DNA of 62,060 nucleotides, filler included, from Choristocarpus tenellus KU-1152 (Eukaryota; Protista; Phaeophyceae): NCBI GenBank assembly GCA_964200185.2. It is 12 parts of 12 records of this genome, joined end to end, with 100 filler letters (N's around TTAATTAATTAA, not from the genome) between each part and the next. Parts side by side here need not be neighbours in the genome. Positions count along the whole stretch, not along the records: positions 6,692 to 13,857 come from CAXNAD020006593.1; positions 13,958 to 17,809 come from CAXNAD020017574.1; positions 17,910 to 22,745 come from CAXNAD020012870.1; positions 22,846 to 29,435 come from CAXNAD020007804.1; 8 more parts are not named here. The stretch is one strand, 5' to 3'. Shown in pieces: positions 13,611 to 24,592 of this stretch. The translations under genes and the position numbers were made by a program. Position 1 is the first letter of the stretch. Each line of letters starts with the position of its first letter. Under the pieces are notes generated by a model. The model was not told the origin of the DNA, ran no database searches, and was given only the letters and a program-made list of their open reading frames with translations.

Positions 13611-13781
13611 CCCAAAGTATCTGGGGGGGGGGGATTTACACCAGGGTATCCATTATTTGGACAATATCAGGAAATGTGCATTTACATTTTCAATCGGAGT
13701 ATGCAACCAAATCACACAAAAATCGCGACATGAAGAAATTGACCCCAAATGGACAGCCGCCACCCCCCCCCCCCCCCCCCC
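13609..13781 (+). mobile_element. MITE family B (terminus GACCC/GGGTC-AAAGTATCT followed by a G-run); other pieces at 16520-16548, 20256-20345 (reverse), 22655-22745, 55118-55138
   Basis: Repeated terminus CAAAGTATCTGGGGGG and shared internal blocks (acaccagggt.tccatt, tcaggaaa.gtgcatttaca, accaaatcacac). Confidence 0.7.
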
Positions 13782-13959
13782 AAACCTGGGCAAAAAAAAA
13801 AAAAAAAAAAAAAATAAAGAAAAAAAAAAAGATTTATTTCTATATAAAGTATTGATANNNNNNNNNNNNNNNNNNNNNNNNNNNNNNNNNNNNNNNNNNN
13901 NTTAATTAATTAANNNNNNNNNNNNNNNNNNNNNNNNNNNNNNNNNNNNNNNNNNNNTC

Positions 13960-14150
13960 TTTAGGGCTAATAACGACATATATATATAGTTTTCATTGGT
14001 TTCCCCCCTGACACATCTACAAAATGTCAGAGGGTATAATAATGAAAATAATGCACCATAATAATGTTAGGGCTAATAACGACATATGTATAGTTTTCAC
14101 TGGTTTCCCCCCTGACACATCTGCAAAATGTCAGAGGGCATAATAATATA
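13960..14150 (+). repeat. Two tandem copies of a ~90-bp hairpin-ended interspersed repeat; other copies near 40660-40695, 42551-42585, 53465-53505 (rev), 53590-53635 (rev), 54206-54292
   Basis: Consensus tagttttcattggtttcccccctgacacatct(a/g)caaaatgtcagaggg(c/t)ataataat, with internal stem ctgaca...tgtcag. Confidence 0.75.
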
Positions 14151-15087
14151 ATAATGCACCTTTGACATAAAGGTAAGAGGAAGCGATGCGATGTGGGTCA
14201 GGCGCACAACTACCTCACGGTAACCCCGACATGAACGGTGGATTCAAACGCGATATTGTGTTTCTGTTCTGACTGGTCACAACCAATCGCAGTGAAGATT
14301 GATCCACATGACACTCTGAGGTTGTCAACATGCACCCAGGTTGCCTCAGTCTCATCCATCTCTCACTTTCTCAGCCTCATGTCTGGTGGTTCTGATCACC
14401 CCCCATCACACAAAACCACACCCCTTAACAATTACACAAATTTGGTTCTACTATAGCGTTTGCGCAAAATGAAATTCATTTTGGTTTTTGGTCTATCGGC
14501 GATAAGAAAATGTATGACGAAAACCAGTTTGCGCGAAATGAAATTCAATTTCAAAAAGAAAAAATGGAAAAAACAAGAAATGCCACCTGAAGGTGACCAG
14601 CAAGTTCAAACCATCTTCATCACGATTAGCGCGCCCCGTGAACGAAAGAGCAGTTGGTCGTAGCCCGTGTTAGCTTCCGTTTATTTCGACCCTTCCCTGG
14701 ACATTCCCCAGTGGATTGAGCGATGGAGGTAGGTCTTTGTCCGAATGGTGTCTAATTCTACCGCTCGCCCTGTCTGTGGCTAAAGCAAGTGGGGATCGAA
14801 GCACAGGCTGGGAAACGGATGTGACTGGTCAAACGGGTTTTGATGCATTGCTTTTTGGAATGAACGAGGTCCACATTTCGCAGGAACCGAAGCAGGTTAT
14901 TTTTTTGCGGCAGCACAGACAGCGAGTGAGGAATTCTGGGTTAAAACAGGTTAAAGCATCGGTTCGAGGGTTGCCAGTACACTGTTGATAAACTCTTGGT
15001 GTGGCAGCGAAGTTTGGCTCGATACATCATCGTGCATGGACGTCCTGTTCTGGCGAGGTAGTCCTAGTTCCTGCCTAACAATTAGGG

Positions 15088-15407
15088 TGTTAAAGAAATT
15101 GGTGTTCCCAGGACTTGTGTAAATATCTCCATTAATTCCTTACTATACAGAAGAGGTTGTACATGAAGTAAGGAACACGTAAGGAAGGAGAGTGGACTTC
15201 AAAGGTCAAAGGGGGTTGTCACCTTATATTCATATTCTAATAACACGTCACTCATTCTCTGTGTTGTACTATAGTAACTCGGATAATATTCTCATGATTA
15301 CTCAACAGAAAACTTCCTATCAATTATCCCGTTATCGTTAACATAATCCAACTGATTGTTTACCCTACGAAGTCTTTTACACATTAATAAAAAGCATATC
15401 CTTTACA
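15088..15407 (-). mobile_element. 3' LTR (~320 bp) of a Ty1/Copia element, with polypurine tract at ~15408-15418
   Basis: On the minus strand AGCAGGGGAGGG precedes TGTAAAGGA..., and the LTR ends ...TCTTTAACA (TG...CA with inverted termini), directly after the RNase H relic. Confidence 0.7.
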
Positions 15408-15419
15408 CCCTCCCCTGCT

Positions 15420-16519
15420 TTGAACTTCAAGTGAAATAACAACTCCTAAAAACATTCTTGGACATACCTTAAACCAGAAAATTTGGGGGCCAAAATCAAC
15501 TGTTGCAATTTTGATGTAATTTTGGCTATCATGTTTGTTAGGAGATGTCAACATCCTTGTTCCGCACACACCTTTTCATAATGTAAACATTATACCTTTC
15601 TCCGGAACATCTTGGAGTAGGTAAAATGTCATTAAAAACCCGTGGGAAGCCAAGCCCCAAATGGACAAACATGGCAGAAATCGTACCCTCTAAGATGCTT
15701 TCACTCGAATGACTATTGAAAGATTCCTTACACAAACTTTTAGTATAAAGATCAGCATGTTGGAACTCCGTTGGCAATTATCCAATTGCTATCTTTCCTT
15801 TCCTCTCCAACTGACGTACGTGGTGATACCCAATATCAATATGCTTGGTTCTACCACCAGATACTGTCTTGTTAGCAATCTTGATTACACCATCATTATC
15901 TTCGAACACAGATACAGGGTAATCATTTACACAGTGGTTTCATGAACATTTGCACTTGCTTCAGGAAGATAACCTCTTTCCTCAACTCACACAGTGCAAT
16001 ATACTCAGCATCAGTAGTAGATAGTGTAACCGTTTTCTGCTTTCTCGACCACCAATCGATACATCCTCCCTCAAACATCACAACACCTCCTGAAATGGAC
16101 AATCTACTATCTCTGCAGTTAGCCTAATCAGCATCTGTATAGCCAATTTACTGATCCCTTGGCCGATTCCCATACAATCCAATGTCACCAAAGGTAATTC
16201 CTTGCCCTTTAGTACCTAACAGGTACCCATTCACTCCAACTTGGATTCTCCACACAAAATGCCAATTCTCTAACTGCAAACTCTGGTCACCACAAGTGTT
16301 CCAGTTTCCTTGTACCAGCAAATTTACCCCTCCCAGTAGTCCTAGTGCCTCCTTCGACCTTTGCACTCTCTCTTTGCCATCCACCTGCCTCTGTCGAAAC
16401 CATCTTTGTCCCGAGTACCTTGTGACCATCAGTGGGGCGAGGTACTTGAATCCACACTCCCCTGCTATCCAGATCATCGACTTCATCATCAGTGGCCCCT
16501 TTCCACAAAGGCCACTCCT
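15420..16519 (-). pseudogene. Degenerate, internally deleted Ty1/Copia RT-RNase H, interrupted by a MITE at ~15478-15706
   Basis: RT start W..A.DDE..L...VW..VPRP...KVLGTK; RNase H GYTDAD*A...SISGGV...W.SRKQKTVTLSTT.AEY.AL...VFEDN...RTKHIDI.YH.VR...PT..Q.AD.YTKSL, with in-frame stops. Confidence 0.9.
15478..15706 (-). mobile_element. MITE family A, truncated copy inserted in Copia RNase H
   Basis: Ends in taccctctaagatgctttcactc; internal sequence matches the 59857-60118 copy in reverse. Confidence 0.85.
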
Positions 16520-16548
16520 GGGTCAAAGCATCTTGGGTGGTGGTGATT

Positions 16549-17438
16549 TGTCAGGGGGCGTCCGTTTCGGTCCGGACAAATTGCTCAAAAATCATAGCAA
16601 TTGCTATCTTCAATGTACAAAATGCATAAGTCCGTTGATTTAGAGAACGTCCGATCTCTCCATCATAACATATCTGTCGAGGCATGTGTCAGACTGGCGA
16701 AGTAGAGGGTGATTCACGAACAGAAATTGGCTTATGTTGCTCCTCAAAGTCGTGTCTCTCGTCAGTATGGTGGCAGTGTAAGACTTGTCCAGAACCAGGC
16801 CCATATAGGAGCGTCTTGGTCAATACTAATACACACAGGCAAGCAATTACATCATTGTACAACATCACCATACGTTAATATCGAACATCATTCCCTACAC
16901 CAAACACACAACCTAGACCCTCACAGATCTTACCGATGTTGGACAGTTTGACACCATACATTGTCACAGGATTCTCCGGTTTTATATGTTGCGAAGTTGC
17001 TCGTCGAACAGATTGAATTCATACTTTCGCTGTGTCATACCGATCGACAGTGCCCGGCAAAAGAAGGGGAATTATGTCGCAGTTCATGTACTATAGTCCT
17101 ATACGCATCCTCTTCACCCTATGTTACAAGCGCTACTACTTGTCTTCCTGATTTATGGGCTTGAATAAACCGCCCAAGTTTAACGAGCTGCACATACTCT
17201 AATTCATCAATCTTTTCCTCAGCCTCTGCCTCCTCCTCTGTATCCTGCCTCGCTTACTCCTTCTCACCAACCTCTACCTCATCCCTTGCCTCCTAATGCT
17301 AACCCCTCGTCCCGTTGTTTTGCCTCCTACTTCGCCACGTCCTTTGCCTACTCCTCCACCATCACAGAGATAACTAGAGTCACAAACATTGTGATCACGC
17401 CACAGAGAGAAACGCTACGTCCGAGCACGACCTTGACA
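16549..17438 (+). mobile_element. Putative 5' LTR (890 bp) of a second LTR retrotransposon
   Basis: Starts TGTCAGGG exactly where a MITE-B terminus is cut off, ends CCTTGACA (7/8 inverted match), contains AATAAA at 17164, and is followed 14 nt later by an open ORF. Confidence 0.6.
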
Positions 17439-17452
17439 AGTTCAAGTCCGAA

Positions 17453-17809
17453 ATGAGCGCCACCCACGAGAGAGAAGTCGCCCTTCTCCAGACCCGACCA
17501 GGAGACATTGTATTCATATGCACCGCCCTTGGGGACAACCTCGATCCGGATCGTATCCAACTCCTCGTGGACGAACTCTCCACCTTCCTCAATTTTGCAC
17601 TGGTGAAGACACCGGTAGCTGGTGGCGTATCCATGCCTATACCTTGTGAAAGACCCAACCCATCAGATGATCAAGAGGAACGGGATAGCCCATCGCCTAG
17701 CCCTACAGTAGGTACGGGAAGCAGGACTCTACAAGGGGGAAGGCATGTTAAAGTATCCCCAAAATCATCAAAGAACATAAAGGTGATAAACCTGGCGAGA
17801 TTGCTTGGT
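17453..17809 (+). CDS. Putative gag N-terminus, truncated by contig end
   Basis: Intronless ATG-initiated ORF directly after the putative LTR, with a Pro/Ser-rich linker. No diagnostic gag motif is visible. Confidence 0.4.
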
Positions 17810-18305
17810 NNNNNNNNNNNNNNNNNNNNNNNNNNNNNNNNNNNNNNNNNNNNTTAATTAATTAANNNNNNNNNNNNNNNNNNNNNNNNNNNNNNNNNNN
17901 NNNNNNNNNCCTGGTCAGGGCCCGAATGCACACCCTGGTGTAGTTCCCCCCCCCCGCCCACATACTTTGAGCCACGACAACCATCAACAGATTCGGTACG
18001 GCGCAGAAATCAAAGTGCAATTAGAACGAAATACGTTTGTTTGTACACAACAAAGTAAAGCGCCGTTTGTTTTTTTGGAACAACGATTAAAAAGAAGATA
18101 CACCAACAGAAGGTATATACCTGTACTTCTTTCTGGACTACTAGCAGCACGAATCCCAACCCTCAAAAAACAGCTTTCAAATCTTCCCCATCCCAGCTAT
18201 TTTCGGTTTTCTCGAGGATAATTTTCCATGAATCTTCCATGTCATACACTCCCGTTTGCTTAATCTTGATGGCAAAATCGAGTCACTTTCAGGGTGCGCC
18301 CCTAC

Positions 18306-18642
18306 CTTCATATTGGATGGCGGCACCATGGCTTTGACCCAGGGCATCACCATTTTTTGTTGCGCCACCCCCCCTGCATCCTCTTTGTTCACATTTTCTA
18401 CCATTCCCTCCCCGTCAACATCATCTGCCCCAGTTGTGCCTACCGCCTCCCCATACACTCCGTCCTCTCCTCTCCTTGTCCCTGCTGTCCCACCAGCTCC
18501 AGTGATTGGTGACATTTTCCTGAGTCCCCCATCAACCTCAAGTTCACTGTCATCGCCACTGTTTTCTGCTTCATCCCCACTATCTAAAGTGTCTGGTTCG
18601 GCAATCCGTCTCCACTGCAGAACACAGCCATCACCCCCAGAA
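18306..18642 (-). CDS. Internal exon of an EML/EMAP-like WD40 microtubule-associated protein
   Basis: SGGDGCVLQWR (end of a WD repeat), acidic linker DSGD...DDSELE, then PWVKAMVPPS, as in EML5/6-type inter-domain linkers. Bounded by AG and GTAG. Confidence 0.6.
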
Positions 18643-19624
18643 CTAATGATGGACGTGGTTGGATAGGGACAAGGATTGGCTTTGGACGAGTTTACAGACA
18701 AGGACTAAGTGGAGCACAAGAAGTGCATACTTTTATAGAGTAGTGTGGCTTGTAAAGGCAAGGTAGTGGAGGTTTGCAATCCCACAAGAATGCATCACTT
18801 TGGGCGGGATATATAAATCCCTTTATCAAGTCCTGGCGACACCATCATGACGCTGTTCCTACACTATTATACAGTGTCCCTAAATGTCGGCTCTGATGGT
18901 GACATGTGAATAAGTATACAATCAACTACCAAGCATTGTACTGGGAAGACACACAGTCAATACACTCAGTTTTAGGAATATGGTGGGCGATAAGCAGGTC
19001 ACGAAACCAAAAATATTATCTAACCACTGTTTCCATGTGGTTTATTTGAGTTTAGAGGCAGTTATTGGGGACAGACAGATGTTTCAAAGCGTGACAAGGT
19101 GAAGGATGCTGAAGGGGATTCATTGCTACAAACAGGTTTCACTGCAATGACAGTGTTTGGTTGTGTTAGCTTGAAACAGCAGCCCTTATGTCATTGATCT
19201 ACTTCATAATAACAATAGACAACTGTTAGAGCCAGCACAGTAGACCTATTTTAATCATTCAACCGTTTCATACCAAGTTTGATATCAGTGCTGAAAACCC
19301 ATGCACCAGTATTTTGAGTTTCAAGACAAAATGATTACTTTTTAAAATCTTGTGGAGGCCAACAAGATGGGTTGGTCCTTTATTCTTCCCTCCTTCAGTT
19401 GAATGGTTACAGAGCAGCTTCTGCTCTGAATAGTAAGGTAAGGCATGTAAATTGCATACTGTGTAAGCGCCTTGTACTGCAGGTCAAGGTTTTCATAAGA
19501 GAGGGGTTAGTTTTTGGGATGGGGCCGCTGACTACAGCTGGTCTGATGTGGATTGGAAGTTTCCTTCTTTCCGTTGAGTTGGAAATGTATGGGTGCTGAA
19601 CGGTATGAGGTCGTGTATTTTCCT

Positions 19625-19748
19625 CCGAATGGTGTAACTGCATTCTATATATAGTGTATGGTGTATATATATACTGAATGGTGTATTTGCATTCTATATA
19701 TAGTGTATGGTGTATATATACTGAATGGTGTAATTGCATTCTACATAT
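19625..19748. repeat. Tandem repeat, ~48-bp unit, ~2.5 copies
   Basis: gaatggtgta..tgcattctatatatagtgtatggtgtatatata repeated. Confidence 0.85.
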
Positions 19749-22700
19749 ACTTTGATCATTATTTTTCTTGAATCATAGTGTGCCTATGAGTGGAACTGAA
19801 ATGCTAGTGGACACCTCTTGAATGCACCATCTCTTCAACCAGTCCCATTGATTATATGTGAAGCAGAGTGCCGCTTATGTCTTTTGGTTATGTTGTTTCA
19901 AGTACAATTGATAGCAACCCGTCAAAATTTTGATGAGGCTAGATGGCTGACCTGCTGATTGCGTGGTGTCCTCTTCTGCATAAGTTTGTTTATCCTCTTG
20001 TACAAGTTTTTCCTTACGGGTTGAATACTAGGTACAGTTAGAACTACCCACAGCTGCTCAACTTCTGGTGACACCTACAAATATGTTGTCAATCGCCATT
20101 GAAGGACCTCTGGAAACAACAATATGATTGCCTAGAGGTGATTGCATGCTACTTGCACACTTAGGGGACGGTGCATGCCCATCTACTTAGAAATATCGAG
20201 CAGAGGACACCTCCAAACTTCTAACTCGCTATTGAGTTTGCCAAGTACACTACGTGCATCAAAGTATCTGGGGGGGGGTACCGGCGTCCGTTTTTCACCC
20301 TTTTGGTGTGATTTGGTCGCACGTGTCGGATTTGAAATGTCAGCAAAAAAAAACGTTGTTTGACCGAAACGGTGCTAGGAAGCCTCCATAAAATACGTCC
20401 TATTTGAAAACTAAGAATACAAGAATGTCCCCTTTGAATACTATTTTATGCTAAGTATTGTGTACACTGGACATGGTTGAAACCTCGCTCAGACCTATAA
20501 AGTAAGGTGGGCGAGGGCCTAGGGAAGCTTCCCATGACTCTGTCAGGGCCCTTCTTACCCACCTGCTGCCCAGTATCTCTAGCTTGAAACGAAAGACGAG
20601 TGTCGAGAGAGAGTCACTTGTACATTGTCGGACATGATCTCTTTCATTGATTGTCCAATTCCGGACCAACAAATCGTCTGTGTGTGGAGCGATATGACTA
20701 TGATATTTTGAACGGGGACGGTACCAGCATTCCAACAAACATTGGCAAAATTTCAGCAAGGGAAAAGTCAACAAGAACTATTCACATGTCAAGAATAAAC
20801 CGTTAAAAAGTAACGCTTGTAATAAATGTGAAATGTTAAAGGGCATAGTAATATAATAATAAAATCATGACCAACGAGTCATGTCGTACCGCCCACTAAA
20901 CCGAAACTAATTTAATTTAGTACAGCAGATGGCATCAAAGGAAACAACTGCACCACCAATAGAATGCACCATTCGTATGATAAAAATGCATGTAATTCCG
21001 TTTCAGTCAGTGAAACCGTCACACACAAAGATTTAGAACAAAAATTAAAAACGTGGTGACAAAAAGGATGTGAAATCGAGCGGCTCACTATCCAGTAGAA
21101 ACACTTTGCCTCATCGGATTAAGCTACACAGTACTTATTGTAGCTTCCCAGATCGGCGAACTGTTAAGGATTGATTGTCGTCAAACTTAACTGGTAGCGA
21201 TGCCTCAACAAGGCGGTGGCCATGCGAGGGGAAGACTGCCCGCCCACAGGTCCCCTACTCTGGCTAATACAGAATTGCCCAGCGAAGACAATGACACCAA
21301 ATAATTGTGCCCGTTTGATAGATAGTACATACTCACCTACTGATATATCGTTTCATGATCTTTTACACCAATAACTCTGTCAGGGAAAGGGAGGCTTCCA
21401 ACCAAGGCAGTCCAGTCGCCCAGGCATATTTGTGTGTATGCCCTCATCTTCCCCCTTCAGCCTGGATAAACAGAGGATCCATGGTGGGGACACGAGAGGG
21501 GCTGTTGGAACGATAATGTCGCCTCCCACTAGCCCCCCTGAGAAGGATGGACGCCATGAGGGCGAAGAGGCCCTGAGGTGAGGTTGTGAGAGTAATCCTA
21601 TCTTAGAGAAGGGTGTCGTCAAATGTTTGTCGCCAAGCACGACTGTTCTCTGGTACATGTGCTTCTAGTATGTCTTCATCTGAAGAGTAGAGGCACACGA
21701 TTGCATGCCTAATACCAGCGTACCAGATCATTTCCTGTCATTAAGACCATCGGGTAGGATTGTAAATCCCATCCTGTCTTACATTCAACTTTGGTCAGCC
21801 CAGCACTTGACTGCTGCCATGCCAACCAGTTATTTAATCACCCTCACACCATCACCATCATCAGAGGCAAACATCATACACCGAGCTCAAGCGTGCTGCC
21901 TCTGATCCTGTTTCTTCAAATAATGAGTGGATTATTTTCTTTTACCCTCACAAACTGCCAGGCGATGAGGGCTTCGGAAATATCCACCTTGGGCCATTTT
22001 AATGAGGTGCAGATGCGTGCTCAGGGGTTCCTCGAGGAACCCACAGGAGGTACAATGTTTTTAATTGAAATCAAGAGCGGATGCCACGGTCTTGTGGTGA
22101 ATAAATCAGCCTCTGCCATGGGAAGTGGGGACGTGTACACAGCCACCATGCTCAAGGGCACAAGAATGTGAGAGCCCTTTGCGGACATTGATTGTGTGTT
22201 CACAATCCCTAACTCTCGTACAAGTAGCAGCAATCTCTGTCTGGTCCATTGTCTCCAGATAAATCTTAGTATTGTATTCGTATTATATTGCTATCAGAAG
22301 TTACAGTGGTCGTTGAAGAGGGAGACTGGATAATGTGGAGCCTGCACAATGTAGTCTATTTTGGCAAGCACTAATAATATGTCTCAGATAGACCAGGAAG
22401 TCAGCTATGAGTATGGCCGCAGCAACCTTGACTCCAGTGCCTTGTGCTGCAGATTCATATCACATAGTCCTTACAATATGAAGTCAGGGTATTGGCATAT
22501 AGGTAATGAATCACTCGTGAAAACAGAGCAGCCTTCACTTTTTTTACACATGTCTCCAATAATATCTCACACGTTTTTCTCCATACCTCCCGCCCTGACC
22601 AAAGTCCTAGCATTCAGCCAATTGCAATTGAGCTGAAGAGGTGGGTCCAGTGAGGACCCAAAGTATCGGTGGGGGGGGGGTGGCTACACCAGGGTGTCCA

Positions 22701-22860
22701 TTTACACCAAAATCAGGAAAAGTGCATTTACATCATCCATCCGACNNNNNNNNNNNNNNNNNNNNNNNNNNNNNNNNNNNNNNNNNNNNTTAATTAATTA
22801 ANNNNNNNNNNNNNNNNNNNNNNNNNNNNNNNNNNNNNNNNNNNNTTTTTCATTCCTCAG

Positions 22861-24592
22861 ACCTGTCTAAGAAAGCCTTCTTTGGCGGCTTGGTCAAGTA
22901 CTTCTCAAGCGGGCCCATTGTGGCCATGGTGTGGGAGGGGCCTGATGTTATTCTCACTGGAAGAAAGATGCTGGGTGCTACCAACCCCAACTCCTCCGAC
23001 CCCGGTGAGTTAACCGCCGTTTTGGATTATTTCGACTTTGAAGGATACATTACTGTCTTTTCTAAAGTGTGCTGCAAAATACATTAATTTGATTAACTGT
23101 GTACCTAGTTAGTTAGAGTTGTGCCAAGGGGTCGGTGACTGTTGTCATTCTGCTACTGCTGTTCATTGTCAACTACTTGTTGCTAATGCCTTCGGTACCC
23201 TAACCCTAACACCCCACCATAGTAGTTCCCTTGACTACTCCCCATGCCGTGTCTTGGCTGAGTCTACGAGTCATCTCCTTGATTTGCCGCTGTTCTACCC
23301 AATCACACCGGTTTATTTCCCAACATCTTGCATCTGCTGTGCAGGATCACTCCGCGGTGAATACTGCATCTGTGTTGGGCGAAACCTCATTCACGGATCT
23401 GTGAGTGACCTGCTCTCGAGTTATACTTGCTCTTGGCACATTGGTTATTTGTAGTATGTTTTGTAGTGTTACTTGATTACATTCATTGTTTCTCTGTGTT
23501 TTTGTCAGTGCTCGAGCACCCTGAGTTTGTTTTAATAAGACTTTGAATTTGAAATATGCCGAAACGATCCAATTGTTTCGCAGAAGATGTGTAACTGTAT
23601 TGGCAGGGTAATTGTAGCTTGTATAAATTGGACTACATACAGCCTTCGACTCCCTTGCATTTGTGTTAGAGCATATGTAGGCGTTTGTCCTGTCGCAGTT
23701 GTTTAGGTCAGCGCTGCATCTATGCTCTTGGTAATGTTGGATTGGACCATCACTGTTTACTTCACTCCATGCATGCTTACAAAATTCAGCATGAGACTTG
23801 TGTATTGTTATGCAGGGGAAATCATCTCCATCTCCAAGTTGAGTATTTTGTCTTTTTTCTGTTCCTAAATTGCACTACATGGGGGTCACATCCCAAAACT
23901 GACTCATTGTTACGCTTGTCAACTGATTTAATTGCTGGCAACCCATTGACCCTAACCCTAACCAGGACGGCCCGGATAGCGCCAAGCATGAAATTGGAAT
24001 GTGGTTCACAGAGGTAAGGTTGATACTTGAGTAAAGTATGTGTGTATATACAATTAAATATCTTGAAGTTGATGTGGAGTAGAGCTTCTGTTGTTATGCT
24101 CAAGTCGAAAAAACGTTGTCTGCATTTCCAATCTCGATATTTTTTGCTCAATCAGCCCAAGGTTTGTTGATGGGACATTGGCACACAGTCCTCCGTCGTT
24201 GGTCACCAGTGTTAGTTTTTGGTTACTCTTCTTTCGCATGCTTCCTTAGCATTTATTGCTGTGTGTTCTGGTCTCTGTGCCCGTCACTGTTTTTGCTTGT
24301 CATACTGGATATTACATGTTTTTATGATGGTATGTATACTTTGAATCTTGCCCCCCTTTTTTAACCTGTACTCTTGTGGCAAAGCAAGACTAGCATATGC
24401 ACTGATTGTGTTGCCCCTAACCCTATACTAATTTCTTTTCTCAGTGGTGTTCTCCCCAAAACAGTGATATATCTGCTGAACACTTTGCTTGTGTTGTCCT
24501 TGGCTCTTGTTTGGAATGTGTTTGGGGATTTGCAGAAGGAGTGCTCAGCTTGGCCCCGCACTATGGACAAGTGGATCACTGATGATAACTAA
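22861..24592 (+). CDS. NDK: Nucleoside diphosphate kinase, 3' part; exons 22861-23004, 23345-23400, 23966-24013, 24536-24592
   Basis: [23 protein letters not shown]...[18 protein letters not shown]....GRNLIHGSD....A..EI..WF. Catalytic His present, phases consistent, stop TAA. Confidence 0.96.

Noticed and set aside
17440-17449. tRNA gene suggested by the B-box-like GTTCAAGTCC
   Set aside because: There is no cloverleaf or A box around it.
21461-22049. Plus-strand exons near 21461-21577 and 21962-22049
   Set aside because: Splice signals are present but the phases do not join and no product is recognisable.
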